This document shows positions 1 through 11,093 of a stretch of 64,000 nucleotides of DNA, one piece after another. The notes below the pieces were generated by a model that saw nothing but the letters and a program-made list of their open reading frames with translations, searched no databases and was not told where the DNA came from. Position 1 is the first letter of the stretch; every line of letters begins with the position of its first letter. This DNA is from an uncultured bacterium (GTDB taxonomy: Bacteria > Verrucomicrobiota > Verrucomicrobiia > Limisphaerales > UBA8199): assembly GCA_963749495.1 (NCBI GenBank), contig CAVVMW010000021.1:480001-544000 (forward strand), given 5' to 3'. Made by a program: the position numbers and the translations under genes.

Positions 1-153
1 ATCGTCAAACTGCGCTACTTCGTGGGCATGACCCTTCCCGAGGCTGCCCAGGCCCTCGGCATTTCCGCCGACACCGCCAAAGACGACTCCGCCTTCGCCC
101 GCGCCTGGCTCTTCCGCGAACTCACCACCGCCAGGCGGCAGGCGGCTCAATGA
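1..153 (+). CDS. ECF sigma factor, C-terminal region 4 (partial)
   Basis: Frame 1 reads IVKLRYFVGMTLPEAAQALGISADTAKDDSAFARAWLFREL, typical of the PVC-type ECF sigma C-terminal HTH; TGA at 151-153. Confidence 0.75.
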   Translation: MVKLRYFVGMTLPEAAQALGISADTAKDDSAFARAWLFRELTTARRQAAQ

Positions 154-159
154 CCCGGC

Positions 160-300
160 CTATGGTCCCGTCAGGCGGAAGAACAGTTGTCCCGCCGTCG
201 GGGCGATGGTGAGGCTGTTCCTGCCATTAGCAGTAATCATTCCGGGGGCGGGGGACCAGCCGCCGGCGGCGGCCAGGCCGGCCTTTTGCTTCAAAGTCCA
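160..300 (-). pseudogene. Orphan C-terminal domain of a secreted protein (remnant)
   Basis: WTLKQKAGLAAAGGWSPAPGMITANGRNSLTIAPTAGQLFFRLTGP* resembles the FxRL-ending tails of other secreted proteins in this window; no body upstream. Confidence 0.4.
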
Positions 301-538
301 CGGCCTCGCCAGAGGTGCCGCGAATCCGGGGCACCAGGAGGGCGGCATGGCCTCGGTGTCAAGGGCTTGGTCACCACCCGCCGGGCCATCGGCGCTGAGG
401 CGAGTAGCCAGGCGGCCGCGGCGGCGGCGTCGAGCCGAGCCAGCGGGCGGCCAGCGGTCTGCAACGAGCGGGCAACGAAGCTGGACGGCAAAAGACCAAG
501 GCAGGTTGCCACCTTTATTTCTTGACGGCTCCTAAGCC

Positions 539-1672
539 TCACACCGCGCGCTCGTAGATGCGGTAGGTCTTGTAAACGCGTCCCCCGATGGCCTCGATGA
601 TGCGGCGCATCATGACGTTGTCTTCGAGGATCCAGGAGGCCTCCGACTCCCGCACGCCCAGATCGAAGCCGACCTGAAGGCCCTCGATGAGCAGGGCCGA
701 TTCCAGGCCCCTGCCGCGGAACGCGTCCTTGATCCCCAGGGTGAGCACGCGCGTGCGGGGAGGGCATTTCCAGCCCAGCAGGTAGGGAATGAAGCCGAGC
801 AATCTGGGAGTGAGCAACCGGCCCTGCAACGGCTTGAGGGCGAGGTTGTAATCCGGCAGCGCCAGCAGAAAGCCCACCGGCTCGGCGCCCGATTCCGCCA
901 GCCAGATCAGCCCCTCGGTCAGGAGCGGTTTCAGGCGGGCGGCCAGAAAGTCCATCTCCCCGTCGGTCATCGGCACAAACCCCCAGTTGGTCTGCCAGGC
1001 TGCGTTATAGACCTCCTTGATCCTGGGCAAGTCCCGGGCGAGGGATTTGCGGGTAACGGCGCGGAACGCCAGGCCGGGGCAGCGCTGCTTGACCTTGCCT
1101 GCGATGCGCCGCAGCCGGCCCATGGGCAGGGTCAACAAATCAATATTGAAGGCCAGCAGGTCTTTGGCTTTGCGGAAACCCTCGGCGTGGACCAAATCCA
1201 TGTAATAACGCGGATTGTAAGGCATCATGAAGACCGGCGAGGAATCGAAGCCCTCCACCAGCAACCCGCACTCGTCGTTGGTGGTCGGGTTCATCGGCCC
1301 CAGCAGGCGCGCCTGCTCGGCCTGGCGGGCCCAGAGCCGGACCGCCTCGAAAAGGCGGCCACTCACCGCCGGGTCATCAACCGACTCGAAGAACCCGAAG
1401 AAGGCGGCCGGTTCTTTGGCGGAGCGGTTGTAGCTGTGATCCACCAACGCGGCGATGCGGCCGGCATCGCGCCCGTCCCGGCGCGCCACCCAAAGCTGCA
1501 TCGTCGCGTGCTCGAAGAGCGGGTTGGAATCCAGGAACACCTTCTTCAGATCCATCAGCAGCGGCGCCACCCAATACGCATCGTCCCGGTAAATGCCGTA
1601 GCTCACCTTCAGAAAACGCATCACGTCCCGCGCGCTTCGGGACAACGCAACCACTTCAATGTCGTTGGTCAT
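539..1672 (-). CDS. GNAT-family N-acetyltransferase (YghO-like)
   Basis: Motifs FFGFFES, LLGPMNPTTNDECG, PYNPRYY, FRGRGLE, SWILEDN; start placed at MTNDIE. Confidence 0.8.
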   Translation of the reverse strand: MTNDIEVVALSRSARDVMRFLKVSYGIYRDDAYWVAPLLMDLKKVFLDSNPLFEHATMQLWVARRDGRDAGRIAALVDHSYNRSAKEPAAFFGFFESVDDPAVSGRLFEAVRLWARQAEQARLLGPMNPTTNDECGLLVEGFDSSPVFMMPYNPRYYMDLVHAEGFRKAKDLLAFNIDLLTLPMGRLRRIAGKVKQRCPGLAFRAVTRKSLARDLPRIKEVYNAAWQTNWGFVPMTDGEMDFLAARLKPLLTEGLIWLAESGAEPVGFLLALPDYNLALKPLQGRLLTPRLLGFIPYLLGWKCPPRTRVLTLGIKDAFRGRGLESALLIEGLQVGFDLGVRESEASWILEDNVMMRRIIEAIGGRVYKTYRIYERAV

Positions 1673-1777
1673 TCGATGGCGCGAGCTTACCCGTTCCCGG
1701 GCAGAAGACAATCCTGTACCGAGCCGCCCCTCAGCCAATGGGCGTGAGACAGAATTCTTCGGCTCGGACGGTATCTG

Positions 1778-1980
1778 TCACCGCGGAGCGGTGCCTGACG
1801 GTAGCCGTGGACTTTCAGTCCACGGGCTCCCCGGCCAGACCCCACGTGCGTCGCGTAGCAACGCCTGATGCCTGGAGCGCGTGGGCATGTCGGGCGTCGC
1901 TACGCAACGCGCTGCCATTCCCATGCCCTGAACCGTGGACCGAGGTCCACGGCTACCTTCGGGTCATCGCTACGCGATGA
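1778..1980. repeat. REP-like palindromic element, family A
   Basis: GGTAGCCGTGG...CCACGGCTACC and CGTCGCGTAGCGACG-type arms; relatives at 25200-25415, 30645-30860 and partly 47325-47376. Confidence 0.8.
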
Positions 1981-2144
1981 GCCGAATCAGAGCAGTGCCT
2001 AGCCTTCTAGAGATAATATCCTTCCGCCGCCCTCGCGAATCATATGGCGCGAAGAATTCTGTCTCACACCCAGCCCCGGGGCCAACCGCCGATTCTGCTC
2101 GCCAGGGGCAATCCAATGCCTATGATCGAGCAGACCGTTGAGCC

Positions 2145-3095
2145 ATGTCCAAACACAATCAGATTATGTCCAACACCATCTCGGCCAGCCATTGCGCCAC
2201 TGGCCCTTTTAGCCTCGTTGTCCCCCACCGCCGCCTCTCTGCCAGCGCCGGCTGCGTCCTCGCTGCGCTGGGCCTGTGTCTGCTGTTTTCGACAGCAGGG
2301 CTGGTGCGCGGCGCGGAATGGAAGCTGGTTTGGTCCGACGAGTTCGACAAGCCGGGCCTTCCCGACCCGGCAAAGTGGAGCTACGAGACGGGCTTTGTCC
2401 GCAACAACGAGGCCCAGTATTACACGCGCGAGCGAAGCGAGAATGCGCGGGTCGAAGATGGGATGCTGATCATCGAGGCCCGCAAGGAGCAGTTCAAGAA
2501 CCCCGATTACGACCCCGGCGCCTCCGGCCAGGGCAAGGGGCAAGGCCGCCGCGGGCGCGAGTTTGCCCAATACACCTCCGCCAGCCTCACCACGCGCGGC
2601 AAGGCAAGCTGGCCCCACGGACGCGTCGAGGTGCGCGCCAAACTCCCTCAAGGCCGCGGCACCTGGCCCGCCATCTGGATGCTCGGCACCAACCGGGCGG
2701 CAGGCTGGCCCGCCTGCGGCGAGATCGATATCATGGAGGAGGTCGGATACGCGCCGGGAATCATCGAAGCCCACGTCCACACCGCAAAATACAACCATGT
2801 CAAAGGAACCAGCAAAGGCGACCGCATTACCATCCCTGACGCCTCGGAGGCCTTCCACGTCTATGCCGTCGAGTGGAACAAGGACCAGATGGACTTCTTC
2901 GTCGATGACCGAAAATACTTCACTTATCGCAACGAGGGCAGCGGCCCCGAGGCCTGGCCCTTCGACACCGGCCAATACCTCATCCTCAACCTGGCCATCG
3001 GCGGCTCCTGGGGCGGCGCCAAGGGGATCGACGACGCCATCTTCCCGCAGCGATACTACATCGACTACGTCAGGGTGTACCAGCGAGGCAATTAA
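2145..3095 (+). CDS. Glycoside hydrolase family 16 (laminarinase-like), secreted
   Basis: WSDEF, GTWPAIWM, catalytic EIDIME, YLILNLAIGG, IDYVRVYQ; signal-like N-terminus. Confidence 0.92.
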   Translation: MSKHNQIMSNTISASHCATGPFSLVVPHRRLSASAGCVLAALGLCLLFSTAGLVRGAEWKLVWSDEFDKPGLPDPAKWSYETGFVRNNEAQYYTRERSENARVEDGMLIIEARKEQFKNPDYDPGASGQGKGQGRRGREFAQYTSASLTTRGKASWPHGRVEVRAKLPQGRGTWPAIWMLGTNRAAGWPACGEIDIMEEVGYAPGIIEAHVHTAKYNHVKGTSKGDRITIPDASEAFHVYAVEWNKDQMDFFVDDRKYFTYRNEGSGPEAWPFDTGQYLILNLAIGGSWGGAKGIDDAIFPQRYYIDYVRVYQRGN

Positions 3096-5101
3096 TCACT
3101 CAGGCCAGCGCACTCGGTAAAAACGCGCCGCGGTGCCCGTCGGTACGGCGTCACAAAAATGCAGCAGGCCGTTGGCAAGCGTCGTGATCCCGAGGGGAGT
3201 CCAGGTACCCTTGGAAAAATCCGGCGAGGCCTCCACCTGAACTGGCATGCCTGGAGCCCCCACAACGTCGAACGCAATCTGTCCGGTGCCTATCACTGGC
3301 CGTCTAATAGCGGCATTCCACACAACGGCTGGACGGTCAGCCAAACTTGCTCCCCAGCCACTGGAGCCCGGCAAGCAATATACCGTCACACTTGAATTAA
3401 ATACATTCCGCCCCGTGGTTGGAGCAGCCCCTCGGAACAGCACATACTCGAGATTGGTGCAGGCTGAAAATGCATAGTCGGCCACATGCGTCACAGTCGC
3501 TGGCATAACATAGCCCCGGAGCCCCCATCCGGACACACAATCAACACGCTCCGGTCCTTGTTGTACAGCACACCATTGAGGCTGCTGTACGCGGGGTTCC
3601 CGGGATCAACATCAATGGCTCCCAAGCTGGCGCAGCCGTAAAACGCCCAATTCCCCACGCTCACGACCGTGCTCGAAATCGCAGCGCTGGCAAGACCAAG
3701 ACAACAACTAAAAGCCCAATCTCCGATGCTAACGACGCCCTCGGGTATCGTCACCGAAGCCAGGCTGATACACTGCTCGAACGCATCCGCTCCGATGTTC
3801 GTCACAGTGTTAGGTATGGCGATATTGGTCAGGCTGGCGCACGACGCGAAGGCCCAGTTCCCGATACTGCTGATCCCGCTTGAAATCGTCACGCTGGATA
3901 AGCTGGCACATCCAATGAAGGCCTGGTCCCCAATGGCGACGACTGGCATGCTGTTGATGACATTTGGAATGCCAAGAACCCCGCCAGGGCCCTCGTAACC
4001 GGTAATGGTAACCGTGTTGCCATTGGTGACGTAAGTGAAATCATTCCACGGTGGCACGACGACGGTCAGGGTCGCAACCTGGCTCGTGGCGCTTCCGAGA
4101 AAGTTGCTCAAGACCACGGAGTAATCGCCGCCATCCGTTGCGTGGACGTTCGCTATGGTGAAAGTTGCGTTCGTCGCTCCCGCTATGGCCGTTTCGCCCT
4201 GATACCATTGGTAGCTGCTCTGGGGATTTTGGCTTGCCTGCACGGTGAAACTGACTGTTGACTTTGTATCCGTTGTCACGCCCTGAGGCTGAGTAGTGAT
4301 ATGAGGAGGAATCAGGTTTGAAAGTTGAGTAGGGCGTCCGCCGAAGATGGATGACCAGCCGGTGGCTCCAGGCATATAATAGATTGTCGCATTATAGTCA
4401 AAGCCAAGAACCGAAGTGTATGAACCGAGAGAAGGTGCATTGCCCAGGAAGAAAATGGTGGTCAGGCTGCCGCAATTGTAGAAGGCCTCGTCCGCGAGGC
4501 TTGTGACGGCGCTTGGTATTATGACGTTGGTCAAGCTCGAACAATTACAGAACGCATCGGCGGCAATATTGGTTACGGTGCAGGGGATATTGGCGTTGGT
4601 TAGGCTGCTGCACGAGGAGAAAGCGGCATAAGGTATGGTTGTAATGCCGTTGGGGAGGATGGCGTTGTGCAGACTAGTGCAGAGCGCAAACAGGTTTTGC
4701 CCCAGGTTTGTAACGCTGTTGGGGATGGTGATCTCGCCGAGGGCCGCGCAACTGGCGAAGGCGTATGCGCCGATGCTCGTGACGCTGTTCGGCATGGTGA
4801 TGTTGGTCAGGTTTCCGCAAGAGAAGAAGGCATCGTCCCCGATGCTGCAAATGTTGGTACAGAGTATTATATCGCACACGGACGTGCAAAAGCTGAGGGC
4901 CGAGGGGCCTATGCTGGTCACAGGAATGCCATCAATGGTGTCTGGGATTGTGACTACCGGGCTAAGGCCAACATAGTTGAGAATGCTGATGGAGCTGCCG
5001 CTGTTGGTGTACTCAAGGTCCTCATAGTATTGCTGGCCGTGCGCCACTAATCGCGGTGACAGAATAAGGAGCCACATTATTGCGATTCGTATGTGTTTCA
5101 T
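3096..5101 (-). CDS. BspA-type leucine-rich-repeat surface protein with Ig-like domain; frameshift near 3500-3530
   Basis: Repeated IPNSVTSIGxxAFxxCxxL units; TQPQ...YQWY...DGGDYSVV Ig domain; LRR resumes in ORF 3096-3536 and ends ARFYRVRWPE; less GC-rich than neighbours. Confidence 0.85.
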
Positions 5102-5472
5102 ATGTTGTCGCGAGTACCTGCGTGAGCATGACAACAATTGCCATGGCAGTGTCCCGCATTCCGAGGCATTTCGCATGTTCGATGATTCTCCGGTCACAGG
5201 CGAAGTGGCCGGTGTGTGTCAGTTGCCCAATAGGGCCGCCCAAGTCTTTATCGCTGAAGCAGGTGCCGTGCCAGGCAAGACGATTTGGCGGTTCCTGGTT
5301 ACGTTAGGGTCTCCCTGTATTACGGCTCAGACCGTTGCCGGCCCTGCTGGATATACGCCTCATGTCTCGTTTTGAGACACTGCCTGCTGAGGCCGATTAC
5401 TGGGACGAATCACACACCAGGCATTAAAGCACTTTCCGCTCGGAAGTCAATCTGGCGAAATCGCCGAACTGC

Positions 5473-7254
5473 CTACCTTCCCATGCTCGCGCGCACCAAC
5501 TCCGGCAGGCACTTCACTGGCACGGGGCCCTGGGCTAGAACGGCCTCGTGATAGCGGCCCAGTTGGAACTTATCGCCCAGCTCGCGCTGGACCGCCTGGC
5601 GCAGCCGGTAATGGGCCATGCGGCCGACGAAGTAGGTCGAGAGCTGGACCGAGCTTTGCTTGGCGCGGAGGATCTTGAGGCGGGCCTCGCCCTCGGATTG
5701 ATAGGCCTGGTCGGTCAGGAAGCTGAGGGCCTCCTCGTCGGTCATGGCGTCGCAGTGCATCCGGTGGTCGAGGATGGTGTTGCCAACGGCGCGGAGATAG
5801 AACTTGAGCTGGTTGAGCCGCAGGGGCAGGTCGCCCTGGCCGTAGCCCTGGTCGAGCATCATCTGTTCGGTATAGACCGCCCAGCCTTCGACATAGGCGC
5901 CGGACTGGAGCACGCGCCGGATTTGGGATGGGACCCGGTTGGCGTATTCGAGTTGGACGTAATGCCCGGGGAAGGCCTCGTGGAGGGTGAGGATCTGGAG
6001 CATGCTGCGGTTGTACTCCTCGAAGTAGCTCTTGACCTGCCGGGCATCCCAATCCCGGGGCGGGGGGCTGACGGCGAAATAACCGGCCGCCTTGGGGTCG
6101 AGCGGCGGGGCCGCGTTCATGTAAGCGGTGGAATTGCCCCGCTTGAACTCCGGCATCTCGACAATCCGGCACGTGTCCGGCTCGGGCAGCCGCACGATGT
6201 CGCGCTCCGCGATGAAGCGCCGGATCTCCGCCACCGTCTGCTCTGCGTCGCGCACCAGCGTCTCCGGCGTCCCGTGATCCAGGGCGATGCACCCGAGCAC
6301 CTGCTGGATGGCTGCCCGGCGGCCCGCCGCGTCGTCCGGCGGCAACGCCTGGCGCGGGAAGTAGCGGCTCCACAATTGCCGCGCCACCACGTACATCTCC
6401 CGCTGCACCCGGTCGAATTCCGCCTGCGCGTCGGCCTGGACCTCATCCGCGTTCCGACCGGCATCCAGCTCCAGCTCCAGCTTGCGGTAGAACCGCTCCT
6501 TGCCCAGCCGCCACTGGCCGTTGGCGCGGGGCAGGAGTTCCTGTTCGAGGAATTTCTGATAATCCTTGAGGCAGCCGGCCACGCGGGCGGCGGCTGCCTC
6601 CAGCGCGGGCAATTGGGGAGTCTGGCCCGCAAGTTCAAAGAGGGTCCGCTCGTAAAACCCGATGGCGCCCTGGTTCTGGCGAATGGCGGTCTCGAGCAGG
6701 GCGCGCGGGGGGTTGCGGATGTTCTCCCTGGCGGCCGCCACCACGCGCGGGATAAGCGCCATCCGCGCCAGGCAGTTCGAGATATTGGTCTCCGGCGGCT
6801 GCGTGGATTGCGTCAGCAACAGATAGACGCTGTCGCTGATGTAATCACTATAGACGCGCGGGTCTTCCTCGAACGGGTGTGTGTTCTCGTCCAGCCAGAG
6901 CGCATAGGCCAGGTGGTGCTGGAGGATCTCGAAATCGATCTGGCCCGCGCGCGACAACTGGGCATAGTCCACCTGGCGCGGCAGGGCCTCCAGGGTGTGG
7001 CGCGTCTGGGCGGTCCAGGCCCGGCGCGAGGCCGGCGCGAGGTCCTCCAGCAGGCGGTCGAAGCGATGGTCACCCAGGCGCGTCGCCTCCAGCGGTTGCC
7101 GAAGGAATTGCTCCTCGAGGTGCTGCTTGAAAAAGGCCTCGAGCTTGGCGTCCTGTTCCTGGGCAGGCGCGCACGCCAGGCCGCCGGTCAATGCGCAGAC
7201 GGCTGCCATAACTAAGTGTATCCGATTCTGGAATCTCGACAATGGGCCTTTCAT
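5473..7254 (-). CDS. DUF885 domain protein
   Basis: HEAFPGHYVQ, EGWAVYTE, QLSTYFVG, YHEAVL motifs; start uncertain. Confidence 0.88.
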   Translation of the reverse strand: MKGPLSRFQNRIHLVMAAVCALTGGLACAPAQEQDAKLEAFFKQHLEEQFLRQPLEATRLGDHRFDRLLEDLAPASRRAWTAQTRHTLEALPRQVDYAQLSRAGQIDFEILQHHLAYALWLDENTHPFEEDPRVYSDYISDSVYLLLTQSTQPPETNISNCLARMALIPRVVAAARENIRNPPRALLETAIRQNQGAIGFYERTLFELAGQTPQLPALEAAAARVAGCLKDYQKFLEQELLPRANGQWRLGKERFYRKLELELDAGRNADEVQADAQAEFDRVQREMYVVARQLWSRYFPRQALPPDDAAGRRAAIQQVLGCIALDHGTPETLVRDAEQTVAEIRRFIAERDIVRLPEPDTCRIVEMPEFKRGNSTAYMNAAPPLDPKAAGYFAVSPPPRDWDARQVKSYFEEYNRSMLQILTLHEAFPGHYVQLEYANRVPSQIRRVLQSGAYVEGWAVYTEQMMLDQGYGQGDLPLRLNQLKFYLRAVGNTILDHRMHCDAMTDEEALSFLTDQAYQSEGEARLKILRAKQSSVQLSTYFVGRMAHYRLRQAVQRELGDKFQLGRYHEAVLAQGPVPVKCLPELVRASMGR

Positions 7255-7319
7255 GGAATCCGCCCCCATCATGCGCGGAAACCCGGATCGCGTCACGCCG
7301 AAAAGGACGAGGGCAGAAT

Positions 7320-7510
7320 CATGGAAAGCCTCCAACATTTGGAGATCGCACATTGGGACCATGAACCGGCCGGTGTTGGGCGGCGGAAGCCGCGAAGCGT
7401 TTTGGACTGCGGCAGTCCTCTGCCGCTTTCGCGTCCCCACGGTCCAAATAGCGGCAGAGGACTGCCGCAGTCCAAAACCTTGCGGGCTCGGGATCGGTTC
7501 ATGGAGAGAA
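7320..7510. repeat. REP-like palindrome, family B
   Basis: TTTTGGACTGCGGCAGTCCTCTGCCGCT ... AGCGGCAGAGGACTGCCGCAGTCCAAAA; collapsed copy at 47129-47150. Confidence 0.75.
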
Positions 7511-7632
7511 AAGGACTCTTTTTCCTTAATGATTCTGTCAACAATGATTCTGCCTGTTCTCAGAGGTTCTCCCGCCGCGTTTTCAGACAAAACATTTTGC
7601 CTTTTGTCCAGGGGTTTTGCTAGCGTTGGACC

Positions 7633-9003
7633 ATGTCGAAACACAAATCGCCTCCGTCGAACTCCAAACCCCACCCTTCACATCCTGCGGCTGCCCATCG
7701 CAGCGCGCTGAGCCGCCGGCAGTTCCTGGGGCGCGCCGCCCTGGCCGGCGGCGTGCTGGCGGCGCCGGTCCTGATTCCGGGCTCGGCCCTGGGGCTCAAC
7801 GGCGCGGTTGCGCCCAGCGAGCGCATCGTGCTGGGCGGAATGGGCGTGGGCAACCGTGGGTCCGACAACCTGCGCTGGATGCTCCCGGAACGGGACGTGC
7901 AGTTCGTGGCGATCTGCGACGCCAAAAAGGCGCAGCGCCAGGCCGTAAAGCGAATCGTCAACAGCAAATACGGCAACAACGATTGCGCCATGTACCGGGA
8001 CATGCGCGAGTTCCTGGCGGTGCGCACGGACATCAATGCCCTGCTCATCGCCACGGGAGACCGCTGGCACGCCACGGCCTCGGTCATGGCCATGCGCGCC
8101 GGCAAAGATGTCTATTCCGAGAAGCCCTCCGCGATGACGATAGCCGAGGGCCGCGCGGTGGTCGAGACCGCCCGCCGTTACGGCCGCGTCTATCAAACGG
8201 GCACGCAGCGCCTCAGCGAGGACAACTTCACCTTCGCCAACGAACTGCTGCGCACCGGCCGCCTGGGCAAGATTCACACCGTGTACGCTCACATCGCCCC
8301 TTGGGACGCCGCCGAGATGCGGCACGACTGGCTGCCCGGGCAACCCAAGCCGCCCAGGGACGAAGTGGACTGGGACCAATGGCTGGGCCCCTGTCCCTGG
8401 CGGCCGTTTAACGGCGAGTACATCGGCGGCGGCTGGCGCGGCTATTACGATTTCCACACCAGTTGCATTGGCGAGTGGGGCGCCCACACCTTCGCCCAAT
8501 GCCAGGTTGCCATCGGCGCCGCCGACACCTCTGGCGTCGAGTACTCCTACGTGGCCAATCCCACCGGCGACGGCATGGTCGTGCGCTTTGCCAACGGCAT
8601 CAAAATGGTCCTCTCCCGCGGCGACAAATGGTGGCACGGCTCTTGTGGCGTCCGCTACGAGGGCACCGAAGGCTGGGTGTCCATCGCCGACGGCTATGCC
8701 AGACCCAAGGTCTCCGACCCGGCCCTCCTGGCCGATTTCTCCAAGCTGGTCGACGACTACATCGCCCGCACCCGCCGGCCTATGAGCCATGTCCGCGATT
8801 TGTTCGACTGCATCAAGTCCCGCCGCCTGACCGTTGCCAACCCGGTCGTCATGCACCGCTCCATGTCCACCGTTCATGCCGCCAACATCTGCATGTGGCT
8901 CAAACGCGACATGAAATACGACCCGCTCAAAGAGGAGTTCATCAACGACCCGGAGGCCAACCGCCTCCGCTCCCGCGCCATGCGCGAACCGTGGATCATC
9001 TGA
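7633..9003 (+). CDS. Gfo/Idh/MocA oxidoreductase with Tat signal
   Basis: SRRQFL twin-arginine motif, GMGVGNRG, DVYSEKP, YQTGTQR. Confidence 0.9.
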   Translation: MSKHKSPPSNSKPHPSHPAAAHRSALSRRQFLGRAALAGGVLAAPVLIPGSALGLNGAVAPSERIVLGGMGVGNRGSDNLRWMLPERDVQFVAICDAKKAQRQAVKRIVNSKYGNNDCAMYRDMREFLAVRTDINALLIATGDRWHATASVMAMRAGKDVYSEKPSAMTIAEGRAVVETARRYGRVYQTGTQRLSEDNFTFANELLRTGRLGKIHTVYAHIAPWDAAEMRHDWLPGQPKPPRDEVDWDQWLGPCPWRPFNGEYIGGGWRGYYDFHTSCIGEWGAHTFAQCQVAIGAADTSGVEYSYVANPTGDGMVVRFANGIKMVLSRGDKWWHGSCGVRYEGTEGWVSIADGYARPKVSDPALLADFSKLVDDYIARTRRPMSHVRDLFDCIKSRRLTVANPVVMHRSMSTVHAANICMWLKRDMKYDPLKEEFINDPEANRLRSRAMREPWII

Positions 9004-9062
9004 ACCGCACCCCTCAACCCCGGACCATCCCATTGAACTCCAACTCCAAACCCCTTAATCCC

Positions 9063-11042
9063 ATGCCAACATCCTCGACTCAATTCTCAATTTCATCCGT
9101 TTTGGCCGCCCTGCTCTGCCTCGTCGCCCCGGACCTCTCCGGCGCCTCCGCCGACTCCGCCTCCAGCGGCCAGGAGGATACACTCATCGCCGTCCTCAAG
9201 TCCGACGCCGCGCAAAAGCAAAAGGCCGATGCCTGCCGCGAACTGGCCCGGGTCGGAACCAAGGACGCCGTCGCCGCGCTGGCCGCGCTGCTGGACGACG
9301 AGAAACTCTCTCACATGGCCCGCTACGGGCTGGAGACCATTGCCGACACGTCGGTCGATCAGGCCCTGCGCGATGCCCTGGGCCGGCTCCATGGCCGCCT
9401 GCTGGTCGGGGTCATCGGCAGCATCGGTGTCCGCCGCGACCCGGAGGCGGTCAAGGCCCTGTCGGACCTCCTCCGCGATGCCGATGCCGGCGTTGCTCAG
9501 GCCGCCGCCAAGGCCCTGGGCAGGATAGCCACCTTCCCCGCCGCCCAGGCGCTCGAGACCGCTCTCCGCAACGCCCCCGCCACCAACCAGTTGGCCTTCT
9601 GCGAGGGCCTCTTCCGTTGCGCCGAGGGCCTTTCAACCAAGGGCGGCACCGGCCAGGCCACCGCCATTTACGATCACTTGCGTTCGCTCCCACTCCCCCA
9701 CCAGGCCCGCGCGGCCGCCCTGCGTGGCGCCGTTCTCACCCGCCGCGAGGCCGGCCTGCCTCTGCTGCTCGAGGCCATCCGCAGCAACGACTTTTCCATC
9801 TTCGCCGCCGCCGCCCGCATCTCGCACGAATTGCCCGGCTCCCGCGTGACCCTGTCCCTGGCGGGTGAACTGGAGAAGGCCCCCGCCGACCGCCAGATCC
9901 TGCTCATCCAGACCCTGGGCTGGCGCGCGGATACCCACGCCCTGCCCTCCTTGGCCCACGTCGCCCGGAACGGCGAGCAGTCGGTCCGCATTGCAGCCAT
10001 CCGCGGCCTTGCCGAGATGGAGGCCGCCGCTGGCGTCCCGGTGCTGGTGCAACTCCTGGACGATGCCGACCGCGCCATCGCCCAAGCGGCCCAGCAAGCC
10101 CTGGCCGGGTTGCAGGGCAAAGAGGCCGATCGCGCCGTCATGGCCCTCCTGGCCCGTCCGGAGCCCAACAAACGCATCACCGGCATCGATCTCATCGTCC
10201 GCCGCCGCATGACCTCAGCCGTGCCGGACCTGCTCAAGGCAGCGCAAGACGCCGATGACACTGTCCGCCTCGCTGCCATGAAGAGACTGGGCCTGCTGGC
10301 CGGGGCGGGCGATCTGCCCGCGCTCCTGGACCTCCTGGCCAAAGCCAGGGAGGGCGAGGACCTCGATGCAGCCGAGCAGGCCCTCAACACGCTTTGCACC
10401 AGGACTCCGGAGCGCGAGGCCTGCGCCGGGAAAATCGCCGCCTGCCTGCCTCAAGCCAAGCCCGCCCAAAAATGCGCTCTGCTCCGGGTGCTGTCGTCCG
10501 CCGGTGGGGCCAATGCCCTCAAGTGCGTGCGCGCTGCTGTCAGCGAAACCGAGCCTCAGGTCCATGCCGCCGCCATCCGCGCCCTGGCCGGGTGGAACAC
10601 TGCCGAGGCGGCCCCGGACCTCCTCGAGCTGGCTCGAAACAGCGGCGCTGCCGCCGACAAACTCCTCTGCCTCCGAGCCTACCTCGGTTTCGCGCGCCAG
10701 CTCAACGTCCCGGCTCCTGAGCGCCTGACCATGTGCCGCAACGCCGCCGGCCTGGTCCAAAGCGACGACGAGAAGAGGCTCCTGCTCGCCGCTCTGGGCG
10801 CCGTCGAATCCACCGATTCGCTCGCCCTCATCCAGCCCTACCTGGACGATGCCGCAGCAAAGGAAGAGGCCGCCAATGCCGTCGTCAGCATCGCCGCCAA
10901 GCTCCTGGAAGGCAACCAGGCGGCCGCCCTCGCGCCTAAACTGGTCGAACCTCTCGACAAAGCCGCCCGTGTCACCACCAACACCCAACTCGCCACGCGC
11001 GCCAAGTCCCTCCTCGACCAGGCCCGCGCAAAGGCAAAGTGA
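9063..11042 (+). CDS. HEAT-repeat protein, secreted
   Basis: Repeated alpha-helical VRxAAxxALG-like units; signal-like N-terminus. Confidence 0.82.
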   Translation: MPTSSTQFSISSVLAALLCLVAPDLSGASADSASSGQEDTLIAVLKSDAAQKQKADACRELARVGTKDAVAALAALLDDEKLSHMARYGLETIADTSVDQALRDALGRLHGRLLVGVIGSIGVRRDPEAVKALSDLLRDADAGVAQAAAKALGRIATFPAAQALETALRNAPATNQLAFCEGLFRCAEGLSTKGGTGQATAIYDHLRSLPLPHQARAAALRGAVLTRREAGLPLLLEAIRSNDFSIFAAAARISHELPGSRVTLSLAGELEKAPADRQILLIQTLGWRADTHALPSLAHVARNGEQSVRIAAIRGLAEMEAAAGVPVLVQLLDDADRAIAQAAQQALAGLQGKEADRAVMALLARPEPNKRITGIDLIVRRRMTSAVPDLLKAAQDADDTVRLAAMKRLGLLAGAGDLPALLDLLAKAREGEDLDAAEQALNTLCTRTPEREACAGKIAACLPQAKPAQKCALLRVLSSAGGANALKCVRAAVSETEPQVHAAAIRALAGWNTAEAAPDLLELARNSGAAADKLLCLRAYLGFARQLNVPAPERLTMCRNAAGLVQSDDEKRLLLAALGAVESTDSLALIQPYLDDAAAKEEAANAVVSIAAKLLEGNQAAALAPKLVEPLDKAARVTTNTQLATRAKSLLDQARAKAK

Positions 11043-11093
11043 ATCTTACCAAATGGTTGACTCTGCTCTGGAGGCATGTTCATTCTACCCGCC

